A DNA stretch of 64,000 nucleotides from Candidatus Micrarchaeota archaeon (GCA_030648615.1 JAUSHJ010000045.1:25071-89070); one strand, 5' to 3'. Shown: positions 1-9,626, counted from the first letter of the stretch. Numbers and translations are program-made. Notes: generated by a model not told the origin, from the sequence alone.

Positions 1-219
1 GATCAATGCTCGTACGACTTTCTTTATCATTTCAGGGTTTCCTTTTTTCACTGAAGCAATTATAATATCCCCAATGCCTATTGATGGATTTCTTGAACGT
101 ACTCCTTTTGTTCCGAGTGTACCTATTACGAATAGTTCTTTTGCACCACTATTATCATTGCAAACCAGATATGAACCGGTTGTAAGACCTTTTGTAATTT
201 TTGCTGTGAGTCCCTTCAT
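1..219 (-). CDS. rpl14: 50S ribosomal protein uL14 (5' part; runs off window)
   Basis: Manual translation from ATG at 219: MKGLTAKITKGLTTGSYLVCNDNSGAKELFVI...GIGDIIIASVKKG; follows uS17. Confidence 0.93.
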   Translation of the reverse strand, partial: MKGLTAKITKGLTTGSYLVCNDNSGAKELFVIGTLGTKGVRSRNPSIGIGDIIIASVKKGNPEMIKKVVRALI

Positions 220-270
220 AATAATCTAATCCATTTATTTAGTTTTAGTGAACAAGTTCACTGCTCCACG

Positions 271-573
271 TTACTCCGTGGATGGCTTTACAATTTCCAA
301 AACAGTCCATGCCTTTGTCTTGCTGATTTTTCTGCACTCGCCCACGGTTACAACATCTCCTATTTTTGCTCCGATGCAAGCTGGATTGTGTGCTGGAATT
401 TTTGAATGTTCCTTTGCCCATCGCCTATATTTCGAAAGGAATTTTGTAATGTCGAGTTCTACCACTGCGGTTAATTTAGCTTTTGTGGTAACTACTCTAC
501 CTTCTGTTCTTCCCCCTCGAACGCGAATGGTTCCGTGAATATAACAATTTTTATCTGTGCATTCTGTTGTCAT
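271..573 (-). CDS. rps17: 30S ribosomal protein uS17
   Basis: CTDKNCYIHG, KYRRWAKEHSKIPAHNP, GECRKISKTK motifs; operon position. Confidence 0.95.
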   Translation of the reverse strand: MTTECTDKNCYIHGTIRVRGGRTEGRVVTTKAKLTAVVELDITKFLSKYRRWAKEHSKIPAHNPACIGAKIGDVVTVGECRKISKTKAWTVLEIVKPSTE

Positions 574-630
574 TTATATACCTCGACATGAGCATCTCTA
601 AGTTATTTAACGCCACTATAATGAGGCGAA

Positions 631-726
631 GCTTGAACTGGTTTCTCTCGAAACATTCAAGGTATTCGAAGTTAGATCTCGTATCCGTTAGACACGAGCT
701 CTCGATGAAAGTTCAATTTCATCAAG
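631..726. repeat. Intergenic cluster of imperfect hairpins
   Basis: CTTGAA..TTCAAG, CTCGT..ACGAG and GATGAAA-GTTCAA-TTTCATC inverted repeats between rnp1 and rps17. Confidence 0.4.
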
Positions 727-794
727 ATTAATAATTCTAATCGAAAATTTTAAAATTCTAAAGTTAATTTAAGAGGAAGGATTTATAAAGACTC

Positions 795-1067
795 CTACAC
801 TTTCTTCGCTCGATCTTCAGGTCTGAACATTATTTCCTTTCCGTCTATGTCAAAAGTACTCTTGTCTCCTAGATAAAATCTAAAGGTACAAGAACGTTTC
901 TGTAACTTTTTTTCTTGTCCGACCTTATTCTCAATTACAATTAAATTTTTCGTCTCATCAACTATTTTTCCTTTAGCACCAATCATATTTCTAGAGTGAG
1001 AATTTACAACTTCCACCATAAGACTAATGAATGTTGCATAGAGAATTGTTTGTCTGTTACGAAACAT
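795..1067 (-). CDS. rnp1: RNase P protein subunit Rpp29
   Basis: GKIVDETKNLIVIE and IDGKEIMFRPEDRAKK motifs; canonical position before uS17; start approximate. Confidence 0.9.
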   Translation of the reverse strand: MFRNRQTILYATFISLMVEVVNSHSRNMIGAKGKIVDETKNLIVIENKVGQEKKLQKRSCTFRFYLGDKSTFDIDGKEIMFRPEDRAKKV

Positions 1068-1824
1068 CTGTTGCACCTTGTAAATTTTCTGGAATGTTTT
1101 TCTTTAATGTAAGTACTATGTCAGCTGTAGAAATTTCTCCGTTTAAATACTGAAGAAAGAAAGGTTGTGATTTCCTTGAAGTTAATCCAGTAAATATAAT
1201 TTCAGGATTATTATTTAAATCGATAATTTTTCTGCAGGCAATTAAAACAATTTCAGGTTTTTGTGAAAACAATACCAGTGCATCTGGATTAAGAGCAAGA
1301 AACGAAAGTATATTGTCCATACCTCGCTTAGTTACTCTTGCTAGTTCAAGAAATGAATTTGGATTTCCCATAAAAGCTAGAGAAAGAGTGTTGGATAAAT
1401 GTTTAAAACAGGAGAAAGCTTTTTGACGGGTCGCAATTGCAATCTCAACAAAAAATGCTGGATCCTTGCTAAAAAGGTTAGATGCTGCCTCATATTCTAA
1501 TAGTCTACTAAGAGAATTAAAAACCATGAAAAGACCGTTGTCACTACTTGCTAGAGCCATTTCAACAAACGGAGTAGGGTCAGCTACAAAAAATTTATAG
1601 AATATTGTACTGTATTTAGAATTCTCCAGACGATAGATAGCCCGACTAAGATTTTCATCAGTGAGTGTTGCTTTCAATTTATTGAGTGCGTCTCTTACCA
1701 GTTCGAGTTTTTTATTTGGGTTATCACTATTTATTATAGCTAAGACCATACCGTCAGAGCAACCTGAGCCTACTGCATGTTTGATGCCTTCAGGAGTTCG
1801 TTTTGTTTTTGGTTGAGTTGACAT
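1057..1824 (-). CDS. Hypothetical helical protein with internal degenerate repeats (DPxxFVExA) and a leader shared with the neighbouring ORF
   Basis: 255 aa ORF, AGGT SD-like motif upstream, no recognised family. Confidence 0.7.
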   Translation of the reverse strand: MSTQPKTKRTPEGIKHAVGSGCSDGMVLAIINSDNPNKKLELVRDALNKLKATLTDENLSRAIYRLENSKYSTIFYKFFVADPTPFVEMALASSDNGLFMVFNSLSRLLEYEAASNLFSKDPAFFVEIAIATRQKAFSCFKHLSNTLSLAFMGNPNSFLELARVTKRGMDNILSFLALNPDALVLFSQKPEIVLIACRKIIDLNNNPEIIFTGLTSRKSQPFFLQYLNGEISTADIVLTLKKNIPENLQGATDVS

Positions 1825-1935
1825 AAATAATACCTATAGATATATTGGATAGTGAAGTAAATAAATTACGTACTTTTTGTTTTTCTTAATTCTTCTAAGT
1901 CTAGATAAGTATTAGTTACAATGACGTATTCACCC

Positions 1936-2442
1936 TTAGGATGTAGCCTTATCAAACTTTTCAAGAAATTGAAAAATTTCAGATGTAAATTCTTTTGGAA
2001 AAAAATCAACTAAAATTAGTAAATATTTATTATCCATATTTTCAAAAAATGAAACGAATACTGCATTTTGAACTTCGTCCTTGCTCTCTTCTTGACACCT
2101 CAATATAAATTGTGCAATTCTTTTTGTTAATTCCGTATCTTTTTTTGTAATTGCATCTTCACAAAATCTACGAAAATAACCAAATACAATATTAACTCCA
2201 ATATCACAATCTTCCTTATTATTTTCATAAATCTGTTTAAATTCAGGAAATGAGTTTATAAGTTCTTTAATAAAATTTTTTTCATTAATTTTTGAATTAT
2301 CACTATTTGCTATGACCCAACCCGTACCGTCAGAACAGTCTGAACCTACAGCATGTTTGATATTTTCAGGAGTTCGTTTTGTGCTTGGTGGAGCTTTTTC
2401 TCCTTTTTGTTGATCGCTAGATCGAAGCTGAAAAATTAGCAT
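1936..2442 (-). CDS. Hypothetical protein, C-terminal part resembles DUF7674/immunity-like helical domain
   Basis: FPEF...IVFGYFRRF...EVQNAVFVSFFENM pattern; N-terminal leader shared with 1057..1824. Confidence 0.55.
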   Translation of the reverse strand: MLIFQLRSSDQQKGEKAPPSTKRTPENIKHAVGSDCSDGTGWVIANSDNSKINEKNFIKELINSFPEFKQIYENNKEDCDIGVNIVFGYFRRFCEDAITKKDTELTKRIAQFILRCQEESKDEVQNAVFVSFFENMDNKYLLILVDFFPKEFTSEIFQFLEKFDKATS

Positions 2443-2747
2443 TATCTCACTTCTATGCTTTCCTTGGGATAACCGAGTTTCTCAAGAACAGCTGACACAT
2501 TCTTTTTGTGATTACCCTGAAGAATAATTATGCCATCTTTAGATGTACCGCCACAGGCAAACTTGTGCTTAAGCTCACTGGCAGTCTGATCAATATGTTC
2601 CTTTTCTATACCTTGAATAATAGTAACTAGTTTCTTGAATTTCTTGGCAGTAGTATAAATAGTAATTTTATTAGCTCCTTGTTTGTCCAAGACTTCACAT
2701 ACACAAAGATCCTTCAATAAGCCGCATTTGTTGCAAATATCTGCCAT
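2442..2747 (-). CDS. sui1: Translation initiation factor SUI1/aIF1
   Basis: CNKCGLLKDLCVCE, LKHKFACGGTSKDGIIILQGNH; position after uL29. Confidence 0.95.
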   Translation of the reverse strand: MADICNKCGLLKDLCVCEVLDKQGANKITIYTTAKKFKKLVTIIQGIEKEHIDQTASELKHKFACGGTSKDGIIILQGNHKKNVSAVLEKLGYPKESIEVR

Positions 2748-2825
2748 TAATAATTTACCTCGATAGGTTTATATGAGTATGAACGAATTTAAAGTAATGT
2801 GTTCACAGTGACTTCAAACATTTAA

Positions 2826-3017
2826 TTATACTGCTGCTTTCCTTGCCAACTCGCCAATGTGGAATTTCAATGCTGCAATAGTTTTTCTCACAGACTTGGA
2901 TTTTTCCATCTTCCCTTCTCCGTGGAGTTCCAGCATTATTCTTTCCATTTCAAGGACTTTCTGCTCTGCCTGAACTTTTGAAAGTTTCTTCATTTCGATT
3001 TTTTTGATTAATGCCAT
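2826..3017 (-). CDS. rpl29: 50S ribosomal protein uL29
   Basis: 63 aa, KSVRKTIAALK motif, position after uS3. Confidence 0.85.
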   Translation of the reverse strand: MALIKKIEMKKLSKVQAEQKVLEMERIMLELHGEGKMEKSKSVRKTIAALKFHIGELARKAAV

Positions 3018-3080
3018 AAATTTTCACCAAATTTATTATCTCAAAAATTGTGATTTTCTCGATGCCATAGGTATCACTTA

Positions 3081-3785
3081 TCACTTTGCAACTGGTTCGC
3101 TCTTAACTACAGATGGAGCTACCGATGGTCTAACTGCAGGTTGTTCTCCTTCAATCGTTTCAGCCGCAGTTATTACCTTTGGCAACGAAAGTACGTGAGT
3201 AGATTTCTTATCTGGAAATACAGTTCCCGGTGGAACTATTCTGACTAAAACACCAATAACACCAAATTTTGTAATTGCATGAAAATGTGCTTCTTTTACA
3301 AGTCTTGCTGGTTCACCTGCTTTTGGTATAAACCCACCTAAAACACGAAGGGTTTTTGCACGACCACCTTTGGACATGACACCAGATGCAACAATTTCTG
3401 CACCCAATGCACCTGCACTTATTATTTCCCTAAGGAAGTAATGTAATATTGAACGTACTTTCTTTCCCATTTCGATGTGTTTTGCAGCTCTTTTTGCCAA
3501 AATTCTTGGTTCTAAAAACTGTTGTTTAACTTCGATAACACTTATCTGCGGGTTTTCAATTTTGAAATCTTTTTTAATATCATCAGTAAGATCGTTGATT
3601 AATTTTCCTCTTTTTCCAATTATTCTTGCAGGATTTATTACTTCTAAGGTGATTCTTGTTACCAATGGAGTTCTCTGAATATCTACGCTAGCTAAACCTG
3701 CACGGTCAAGCTTCTGCTCAAGATATTTCATAATCTGGTATTTGACTATTGGTTCCTCGATAAGTTTGTCTGCATATAACATCAT
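3081..3785 (-). CDS. rps3: 30S ribosomal protein uS3
   Basis: KH motif PARIIGKRGK; KFGVIGVLVRIVPP. Confidence 0.95.
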   Translation of the reverse strand: MMLYADKLIEEPIVKYQIMKYLEQKLDRAGLASVDIQRTPLVTRITLEVINPARIIGKRGKLINDLTDDIKKDFKIENPQISVIEVKQQFLEPRILAKRAAKHIEMGKKVRSILHYFLREIISAGALGAEIVASGVMSKGGRAKTLRVLGGFIPKAGEPARLVKEAHFHAITKFGVIGVLVRIVPPGTVFPDKKSTHVLSLPKVITAAETIEGEQPAVRPSVAPSVVKSEPVAK

Positions 3786-3786
3786 T

Positions 3787-4491
3787 TCACCTTAGCTGCT
3801 TATTTTGCTTGATATTTGACTCCGAATGTTTCACCTTAGCTGTCTGTTTTGCTTCGGATTTTGCATCATGTTTTACTTCTGATCTCGTATCATGTTTTAT
3901 TTCTGAATGTTCATGCTTTTCTTTTGTATCAGATGCCTCTAATTTTGTATCGTGAACATGTGGTTTTGCTTCAGTTTTAACTTCCTGTTTTGGATCTGGT
4001 TTCTTTATGTCAACCTTCTTCAAAGCTCCAGGAGTCCCTTTAAGGACTATTTCAATTCTAGCAGTGGAAAAGTTTTGTTTCATCTTTCTTCCTTTTGCTG
4101 ATAGTCTACCATAAATCATTTTGGTATTTGCTGCTGCATGAACTACAATAAGATCATTTTCACCAAAACCCTTAACGCGTGCATTTGCAATGGCACTTTT
4201 CACTACTTTTAATACTGCAGCTGCGGCTTTCTTTGGATATCTTCCTTGTCTTCCTCCCAATTCTCTTCTGTGCCCAAGATTCTTATTATGACGAGCAAAT
4301 AAAATTGGAATTTCTCCTTCTGCAGCTTTTTCCAAAAATGCAACAACTCTATCAGCTTTTTTCTGAGTTATTCTACCGCAAACCTGTGAAAGATCTCTTG
4401 TAGATGCATCTACTCCTTCCACTCTTGCGAATGCGAAGGAATTGATATCCTCTTTTGTTTCAAATGAGTAACTTTTTGTCATAATCATCAC
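3787..4491 (-). CDS. rpl22: 50S ribosomal protein uL22 with His/Lys/Glu-rich C-terminal extension
   Basis: GRQGRYPKKAA, SAIANARVKG, VVHAAAN motifs. Confidence 0.93.
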   Translation of the reverse strand: MMIMTKSYSFETKEDINSFAFARVEGVDASTRDLSQVCGRITQKKADRVVAFLEKAAEGEIPILFARHNKNLGHRRELGGRQGRYPKKAAAAVLKVVKSAIANARVKGFGENDLIVVHAAANTKMIYGRLSAKGRKMKQNFSTARIEIVLKGTPGALKKVDIKKPDPKQEVKTEAKPHVHDTKLEASDTKEKHEHSEIKHDTRSEVKHDAKSEAKQTAKVKHSESNIKQNKQLR

Positions 4492-4889
4492 TTTAGTGGT
4501 ACGAACTTGCTTCCTCTTGTTGCACCTACACCTGGACCAGAGTGTAATACTCTTCCGATAGTGTGCGAGAAGTCGCCGAGTCGTTTACCTACCTTATCAT
4601 ACGTAATTTCAACTGGTTTGAAATCTTTTCCATTATGAACGCCAAATTTTAACCCTACCCATTCAGGTATGATTACTGCATCTCGAACGTGAGTTCGTAT
4701 AACCTTCTTTGGATTCGTAGTCATAACTTTCTTGACTTTTTCCATGAACTGTTTCAGTCGAGGATTATTACCGAGTCTTTTAAGAGTCCTTCTATTTCTA
4801 GAAGTGGTCATTTTCACGAAATCATCCATTGAAATGGATTTGACATTTTCTGCATCAATACCTTTGAAAGTTTCACGTCGCATTATCAT
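4488..4889 (-). CDS. rps19: 30S ribosomal protein uS19
   Basis: IRTHVRD, VHNGKDF, HSGPGVGATRGSKFVPLK. Confidence 0.96.
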   Translation of the reverse strand: MIMRRETFKGIDAENVKSISMDDFVKMTTSRNRRTLKRLGNNPRLKQFMEKVKKVMTTNPKKVIRTHVRDAVIIPEWVGLKFGVHNGKDFKPVEITYDKVGKRLGDFSHTIGRVLHSGPGVGATRGSKFVPLK

Positions 4890-5641
4890 TCACCTTGAGC
4901 GGCATCCATTGCCTTCTTTGATTTTCTTCTTCCAGTACTTCTGGCTGCTATGTGTCCTACCTTAGAACCTGGAGGTGATCCTCTAGCAATAGTAGTTGGC
5001 TTACCAACGTGGTGCTGTTTACCACCATGTGGGTGGTTATATGCAGACTGGTGAACCCCTCGGTTCATTGGCCAGCGTCTGTGTCTTGCAGTAAACTTAT
5101 GGAATGAATTTCCTGCTTTAAGCATTGGTTTATCCAATCTTCCTCCGCCAGCTGCGACACCAATTTGTGCACGGCATTCGTTGGAAATTATTATTGTTGT
5201 CTTACTTGGCAACCTTAGATATACTACATCATTTTCTTTTGAAATTATATTTGCATAACTTCCTGGTGCGCGAACCATCTTGCCGCCGTCACCTGCATTT
5301 CTTTCAATATTAAATATATAAGCGCCATCTGGAATTCTGTAAAGAGGCAGTACACTCCCTAATAATAGTCTTGCCTGTGCACCGACTTCAATATAATCAC
5401 CAATTGCAATTCCTTCTGGTGCTAGGACATATCCTACTTCACCATTATCATAACGAACACTAATAAGTATGGTATCTCTTGCTGGGTCATCGACTAATTT
5501 CAAAACTTTTCCTCTAAGTACGCCTGTCTTTTCAAGATCATCGTAACTTCTATAGTTCAAATCAGTCTTGAATCTACTTGTTGGAGCAATGTAACGCGGA
5601 CTTGCTGAACCACGTCTCTGTTGTTTTAGTCTCTTACCCAT
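4886..5641 (-). CDS. rpl2: 50S ribosomal protein uL2
   Basis: MGKRLKQQRRG, DGGKMVRAPG, HPHGGKQH, PPGSKVGHIAARSTG. Confidence 0.97.
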   Translation of the reverse strand: MGKRLKQQRRGSASPRYIAPTSRFKTDLNYRSYDDLEKTGVLRGKVLKLVDDPARDTILISVRYDNGEVGYVLAPEGIAIGDYIEVGAQARLLLGSVLPLYRIPDGAYIFNIERNAGDGGKMVRAPGSYANIISKENDVVYLRLPSKTTIIISNECRAQIGVAAGGGRLDKPMLKAGNSFHKFTARHRRWPMNRGVHQSAYNHPHGGKQHHVGKPTTIARGSPPGSKVGHIAARSTGRRKSKKAMDAAQGE

Positions 5642-5714
5642 AAATATTCACCAAATTTATAATCATTTATATTCTACATTTTACCAATCATCATTCTACC
5701 TTCTACCAATCATA

Positions 5715-5975
5715 TTACGCCATCTTCAATTTAGTTGTAACGTCTTCTGCCTTGGAACCTGCTGCTAACTTTACCAGAGCACGTTTTACTCCCTTGGCAG
5801 TTATAAATGTTTTAACATGTACCACTTTGACAGCGAAAAGTTTTTCAACTTCATGCTTCACTTCTGCCTTATTGGCGTTCATACTTATCTCGAATGTTAA
5901 TGTATTTTCGAATTCGATCTTTCCGATCGCTTTTTCAGTTTTAATTGGTGCTAGTAATATCATAAAATCACGCAA
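5715..5975 (-). CDS. rpl23: 50S ribosomal protein uL23
   Basis: PIKTEKA, ENTLTF, ANKAEVKHEVEKLF, GVKRALVKL. Confidence 0.95.
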   Translation of the reverse strand: MRDFMILLAPIKTEKAIGKIEFENTLTFEISMNANKAEVKHEVEKLFAVKVVHVKTFITAKGVKRALVKLAAGSKAEDVTTKLKMA

Positions 5976-6711
5976 ACATTTTTTTCAATTCGTTTAAAGC
6001 ATTCTCACTATATATGGTTACCCTTCCACCAGCACAGCCAGGAGCCAAATGTTTTACTTTCAATTTAGAAGGTGAAACGGTTTCTACACCAGCAATATTT
6101 TTTGCTGCTTTCAAAACGTTTCCAGTGGCAACTACTAATGCACCTTTGCAACCATTGCTCTTGGAATTGATAACCATTGAATTTAAGTTAAGCAACTCGA
6201 AAACTTTTAATACGTCTTGAGTTTTCTTCAGTGATTCAAAAGAATTATCCATAACTAAAGGATAGGAGGCTAAGGAAAGTTTTTTGTATCTTGCATTTAC
6301 AACATCCTTCTGAGCTGTTGCAGCCAATGCACTCATTAATGCTTTCCTGTATTCTTTCTTATTAACTTCTTCTATTATTTTAGTTTCAGGTTTTGGAGGA
6401 TGTGCTCTTCTACCCTTAACAGCATGAGGAACTCGTTTTACTTTACCGAACTGTCCTTTTGGCTGGACTTCGTGAGGTAAGTGTGGAATACCTTTGTTCT
6501 TTATTGCACCGTACATTTCTTTTCTTCCACGGTATTTGGCACTAGTTTCCAAACCTGCAAATTTATAAGAACCCTTTGGCTGGTATTCTTTGCTTTCATC
6601 GCTAAGGACTGCTCGCTTTATCAAATCATCACGATAATGCCCTTCGAAAACTTCCGGCAAATCTATTTGTTTGAGCGCTTTTCCTTCAATCGAATATAAT
6701 GTTGTTTTCAT
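5968..6711 (-). CDS. rpl4: 50S ribosomal protein uL4
   Basis: AGLETSA, VPHAVKGRRAHPPK, HLAPGCAGGRVTIYSE. Confidence 0.96.
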   Translation of the reverse strand: MKTTLYSIEGKALKQIDLPEVFEGHYRDDLIKRAVLSDESKEYQPKGSYKFAGLETSAKYRGRKEMYGAIKNKGIPHLPHEVQPKGQFGKVKRVPHAVKGRRAHPPKPETKIIEEVNKKEYRKALMSALAATAQKDVVNARYKKLSLASYPLVMDNSFESLKKTQDVLKVFELLNLNSMVINSKSNGCKGALVVATGNVLKAAKNIAGVETVSPSKLKVKHLAPGCAGGRVTIYSENALNELKKMFA

Positions 6712-6720
6712 ATGTTACAC

Positions 6721-7665
6721 CTATTGCTTTGAATCCAAAGAAGTATAGTTAAGCTGTGGCTCCTTGAATGCTGGAGAACGAACACCTAATCTTAATTTCA
6801 CAAGTCTCTTTGGTGGACCTGGCACTGAACCATGTACTATTATGTAATCATTTCTTACAAAACCATAGTGAGGAAAACCATCTTTTGGATTTATTTCTTC
6901 TACTTTCTCACTAATTTTCATAATTTGCTTATTCAACTCAGTTCTTTTATGATAACCAGTTTGACCAGCTTGTGGAACAGTGTAAAGTACGTAAGCAGGA
7001 TGCCACTGACCCAAAGTACCTACGTGTCTATATTTACCTGTTGCTTTTCTTCTTTGCTTGGCAATACCAAATCTTTTTACAGGACCTTGCCAGCCTTTAC
7101 CTTTTGTAATAGAAACAATATCTACGAATTCACCATGCTTGAAAACATCTTTTGCTCTTATTTCTTTGCCAGCCAATGTTTTTGCATATTCGATTTTTTC
7201 ATTGACATCTTTTCCACCAATACCAAGTTCCATTCTTTCAATGTGCTTCTTGCCTATCTTGGTTTTTGATGGCTGTACGAAAACTAGTAAACGAACATCA
7301 TTAACAGATTCTACTTTAACTTCCTTTTGCTGTAAAGGTTTTTTTATGTTGAGTAATTTTAATACAGTAGCATCTGCAGTTAAAACATCTGCAATTGAAT
7401 CCATGCCATCGTAGCATCGATAACCATATACTTGTATTGGTGGCACTTCAATTACCGTTGCTGCACCAGTTAGCTCCTGACCTTTTGTAGGAGATTCTCT
7501 GTGATCTATATATGAAATATGAGTCATTCCAACTTTATATCCTGCAAATCCTAGAACACGTTTTTGTTCTTCGTCCTTCCAGTAAACCCTAGGGTTCTGA
7601 CTAGCTGCCCTTTTTCTTGGACGGAATGCCATACTACCTCTGCGCGGTCTTCTTAAGTCTGTCAT
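6721..7665 (-). CDS. rpl3: 50S ribosomal protein uL3
   Basis: RPRRGSMAFRPRKRA, GFAGYKVGMTH, TKGKGWQGPVKRFG. Confidence 0.97.
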   Translation of the reverse strand: MTDLRRPRRGSMAFRPRKRAASQNPRVYWKDEEQKRVLGFAGYKVGMTHISYIDHRESPTKGQELTGAATVIEVPPIQVYGYRCYDGMDSIADVLTADATVLKLLNIKKPLQQKEVKVESVNDVRLLVFVQPSKTKIGKKHIERMELGIGGKDVNEKIEYAKTLAGKEIRAKDVFKHGEFVDIVSITKGKGWQGPVKRFGIAKQRRKATGKYRHVGTLGQWHPAYVLYTVPQAGQTGYHKRTELNKQIMKISEKVEEINPKDGFPHYGFVRNDYIIVHGSVPGPPKRLVKLRLGVRSPAFKEPQLNYTSLDSKQ

Positions 7666-7694
7666 TGATAAAACACCTTATGTTTTTGAAATAT

Positions 7695-7776
7695 CCCAAT
7701 TGTTGCAATGCAACAATGGGCATCTTGTCGCTCAACGCGACAAGCTTGTTGTCCGTTAGGACAATTCATATGAATT
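7695..7776. repeat. Tandem-hairpin element, copy 1
   Basis: CCC-a-ATTGTTGCA-a-TGCAACAAT-GGG; CAT-CTTGTCGC-tcaac-GCGACAAG; TTGTCC-gtta-GGACAA. Confidence 0.9.
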
Positions 7777-7946
7777 ACCTAAAACGTCTTGTGGTGGGTG
7801 TAAAAATGTTTAATTCTTAACACGCTACGAAGACTAAAACCTTTTTCTCTTGCATTGCCCTACATTGACAAATCGCTCTTAGCGACAGCCGAACAGGGTT
7901 GCCAAATTAAAAGTATAGAGTAAATATGAAAAGAAAGGTTTAAATA

Positions 7947-8555
7947 TCAACTGGTGTGTTTTCCAAAATCTTTTGTTTCTCCATTAGCAGGTTGAACTTC
8001 GAATAATTTTAACTTTTCTTCACTTAGAGAATCAACAGTAAGACGAGTTACTAGCTCAGTGTAAAAAAAATGCATACCTTTTTTTGCCCACGCATAAATA
8101 AGCATAATTGCAGTTGCAGCCATGACAGCAAATGCCCATTTTCTTGCAGGCTCACCTAAATCACGCGCATGATCAATTAAACGATTTATCAGAAATGCAA
8201 CCGGCGTAATCACTGACCAAAAAGTACCCACTAAAGTAATAGTTGCAATGCTTACTCTGGCATGCATATAAGCAATTTTTCTTGCTTCCATAACTGCAGT
8301 TTCATCTAGTTTTTTTGATTCTGAAACCATTGGTGTCGCAATGAGAGCACGATCTAATCTACGCATATGTAATACTTCATGAAATATATAAGAACCGGAT
8401 TTACCTATGCCGGCATCTTCTAAATGCAATTTGTCTCCTCTTAATGATTGTGCTTTCAACCGATCTAACTTAAAACGATTTATTCCACTTGGAAGCAGGT
8501 ATGCTCTTTCGAAAGGTTCTTTGAATACCATTTTTCGTTTTATATCGATTGCCAT
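7947..8555 (-). CDS. Orphan two-TM membrane protein (YxxxExxxMR family)
   Basis: Paralog of 8616..9146; two C-terminal hydrophobic segments; AGGTGA SD. Confidence 0.75.
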   Translation of the reverse strand: MAIDIKRKMVFKEPFERAYLLPSGINRFKLDRLKAQSLRGDKLHLEDAGIGKSGSYIFHEVLHMRRLDRALIATPMVSESKKLDETAVMEARKIAYMHARVSIATITLVGTFWSVITPVAFLINRLIDHARDLGEPARKWAFAVMAATAIMLIYAWAKKGMHFFYTELVTRLTVDSLSEEKLKLFEVQPANGETKDFGKHTS

Positions 8556-8615
8556 AAATTACGCGTCACCTGTTTTTCCTGAAGTTTGTTAAACATCGAA
8601 TAATTTTAACTTTTC

Positions 8616-9146
8616 TTAACTTAGAGACTTTCCAAGGAAAAAATCTATTAGCCAGTTAACATAGGATTGAAGAACATCTTGTCCACTTTTGAAACTAGTC
8701 ATAATTGCAGTTGCAACCATAACAGCAACTACCCATTTTCTTGCAGGCTCTATAAAAATCGCTATAGATGCTGCTACTTCACCCGCTAAAAGAGTTATAC
8801 CAACTGCATCAATAGATGCAATGAATAACCGAGCACGCATATATGCATTTTTTCTTTCTCCCATTATTTCTGCTTCCGTAAATTTTTTAAATTCACTGTC
8901 GATGGGAGTTGCAGTAAGCGCACGATCTAATTTACGCATATGACTTATTTCACTGCCAGTATAAACACTCAGACTTATCATAATAGTTGTATCTTCTAAA
9001 AGCAAATTATTTCTTGCCAGTACATTTGACCTTAATTTAGCTAAATTGACAAATTTATTAAGGACCGGAAGTACTTTTTCAAATGGTTCTTTAAATAGCA
9101 TTTTTCTATCTAGACCAAATAATTTTCTAGTTAAATCAGTTCCCAT
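8616..9146 (-). CDS. Orphan two-TM membrane protein (YxxxExxxMR family), C-terminally shortened
   Basis: Shares KMxFKEPFE, HMRxLDRAL, EPARKW with 7947..8555. Confidence 0.75.
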   Translation of the reverse strand: MGTDLTRKLFGLDRKMLFKEPFEKVLPVLNKFVNLAKLRSNVLARNNLLLEDTTIMISLSVYTGSEISHMRKLDRALTATPIDSEFKKFTEAEIMGERKNAYMRARLFIASIDAVGITLLAGEVAASIAIFIEPARKWVVAVMVATAIMTSFKSGQDVLQSYVNWLIDFFLGKSLS

Positions 9147-9191
9147 AAATAACACTAAATTATAATTAGTATAAAAAGGTTTTAAATAGTG

Positions 9192-9626
9192 TTATATCAC
9201 GCTTCTTCGTGTTTTCAAATGAATTGTCGCTTTGAACTTTTTTCTTAAAATTTCCTTTGCCGCCTTTATTCTCTCCCCTTCTTTACCTATTGCAATTCCC
9301 CTATCTTTCTCATCTATTGTAAGTACTATAGCCAAATCGCCCATAATATTCTGAACTTCCACAGATAAAATAGAAATATTATTGAACATACCTCTGACAA
9401 AAAGTTCAGGATCAGACATATCTCCAATTATAATTACTTTTCTCTTGAAGGCATCTCTCAATTTCTGCATATTACTGCCGTTTTTACCTATTGCTTTTCC
9501 TAGTTCAGCAACAGGGACAAGAAAAATAAGCAATGTAGCTGAAGGTTCATAATCAGATGGCATAACACGAGTTATGTTTTCAAAAACAGAAAACATATTT
9601 AAATCATCATTTGTAAGTTCAACCAT
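9192..9626 (-). CDS. nusA: Archaeal NusA (KH-domain transcription factor)
   Basis: GKAIGKNGSN and DRGIAIGKEGERIK KH motifs; downstream of L30e. Confidence 0.93.
   Translation of the reverse strand: MVELTNDDLNMFSVFENITRVMPSDYEPSATLLIFLVPVAELGKAIGKNGSNMQKLRDAFKRKVIIIGDMSDPELFVRGMFNNISILSVEVQNIMGDLAIVLTIDEKDRGIAIGKEGERIKAAKEILRKKFKATIHLKTRRSVI

Noticed and set aside
7617-7820. Short ORFs spanning hairpin arrays (7617..7820, 37528..37749, 41109..41321)
   Set aside because: Chance open frames over palindromic DNA, overlapping real genes, with no coding signature.
8581-8620. TAA readthrough or alternative genetic code
   Set aside because: TAA, TAG and TGA all terminate conserved core genes at expected positions in this window; simple decay is more likely.
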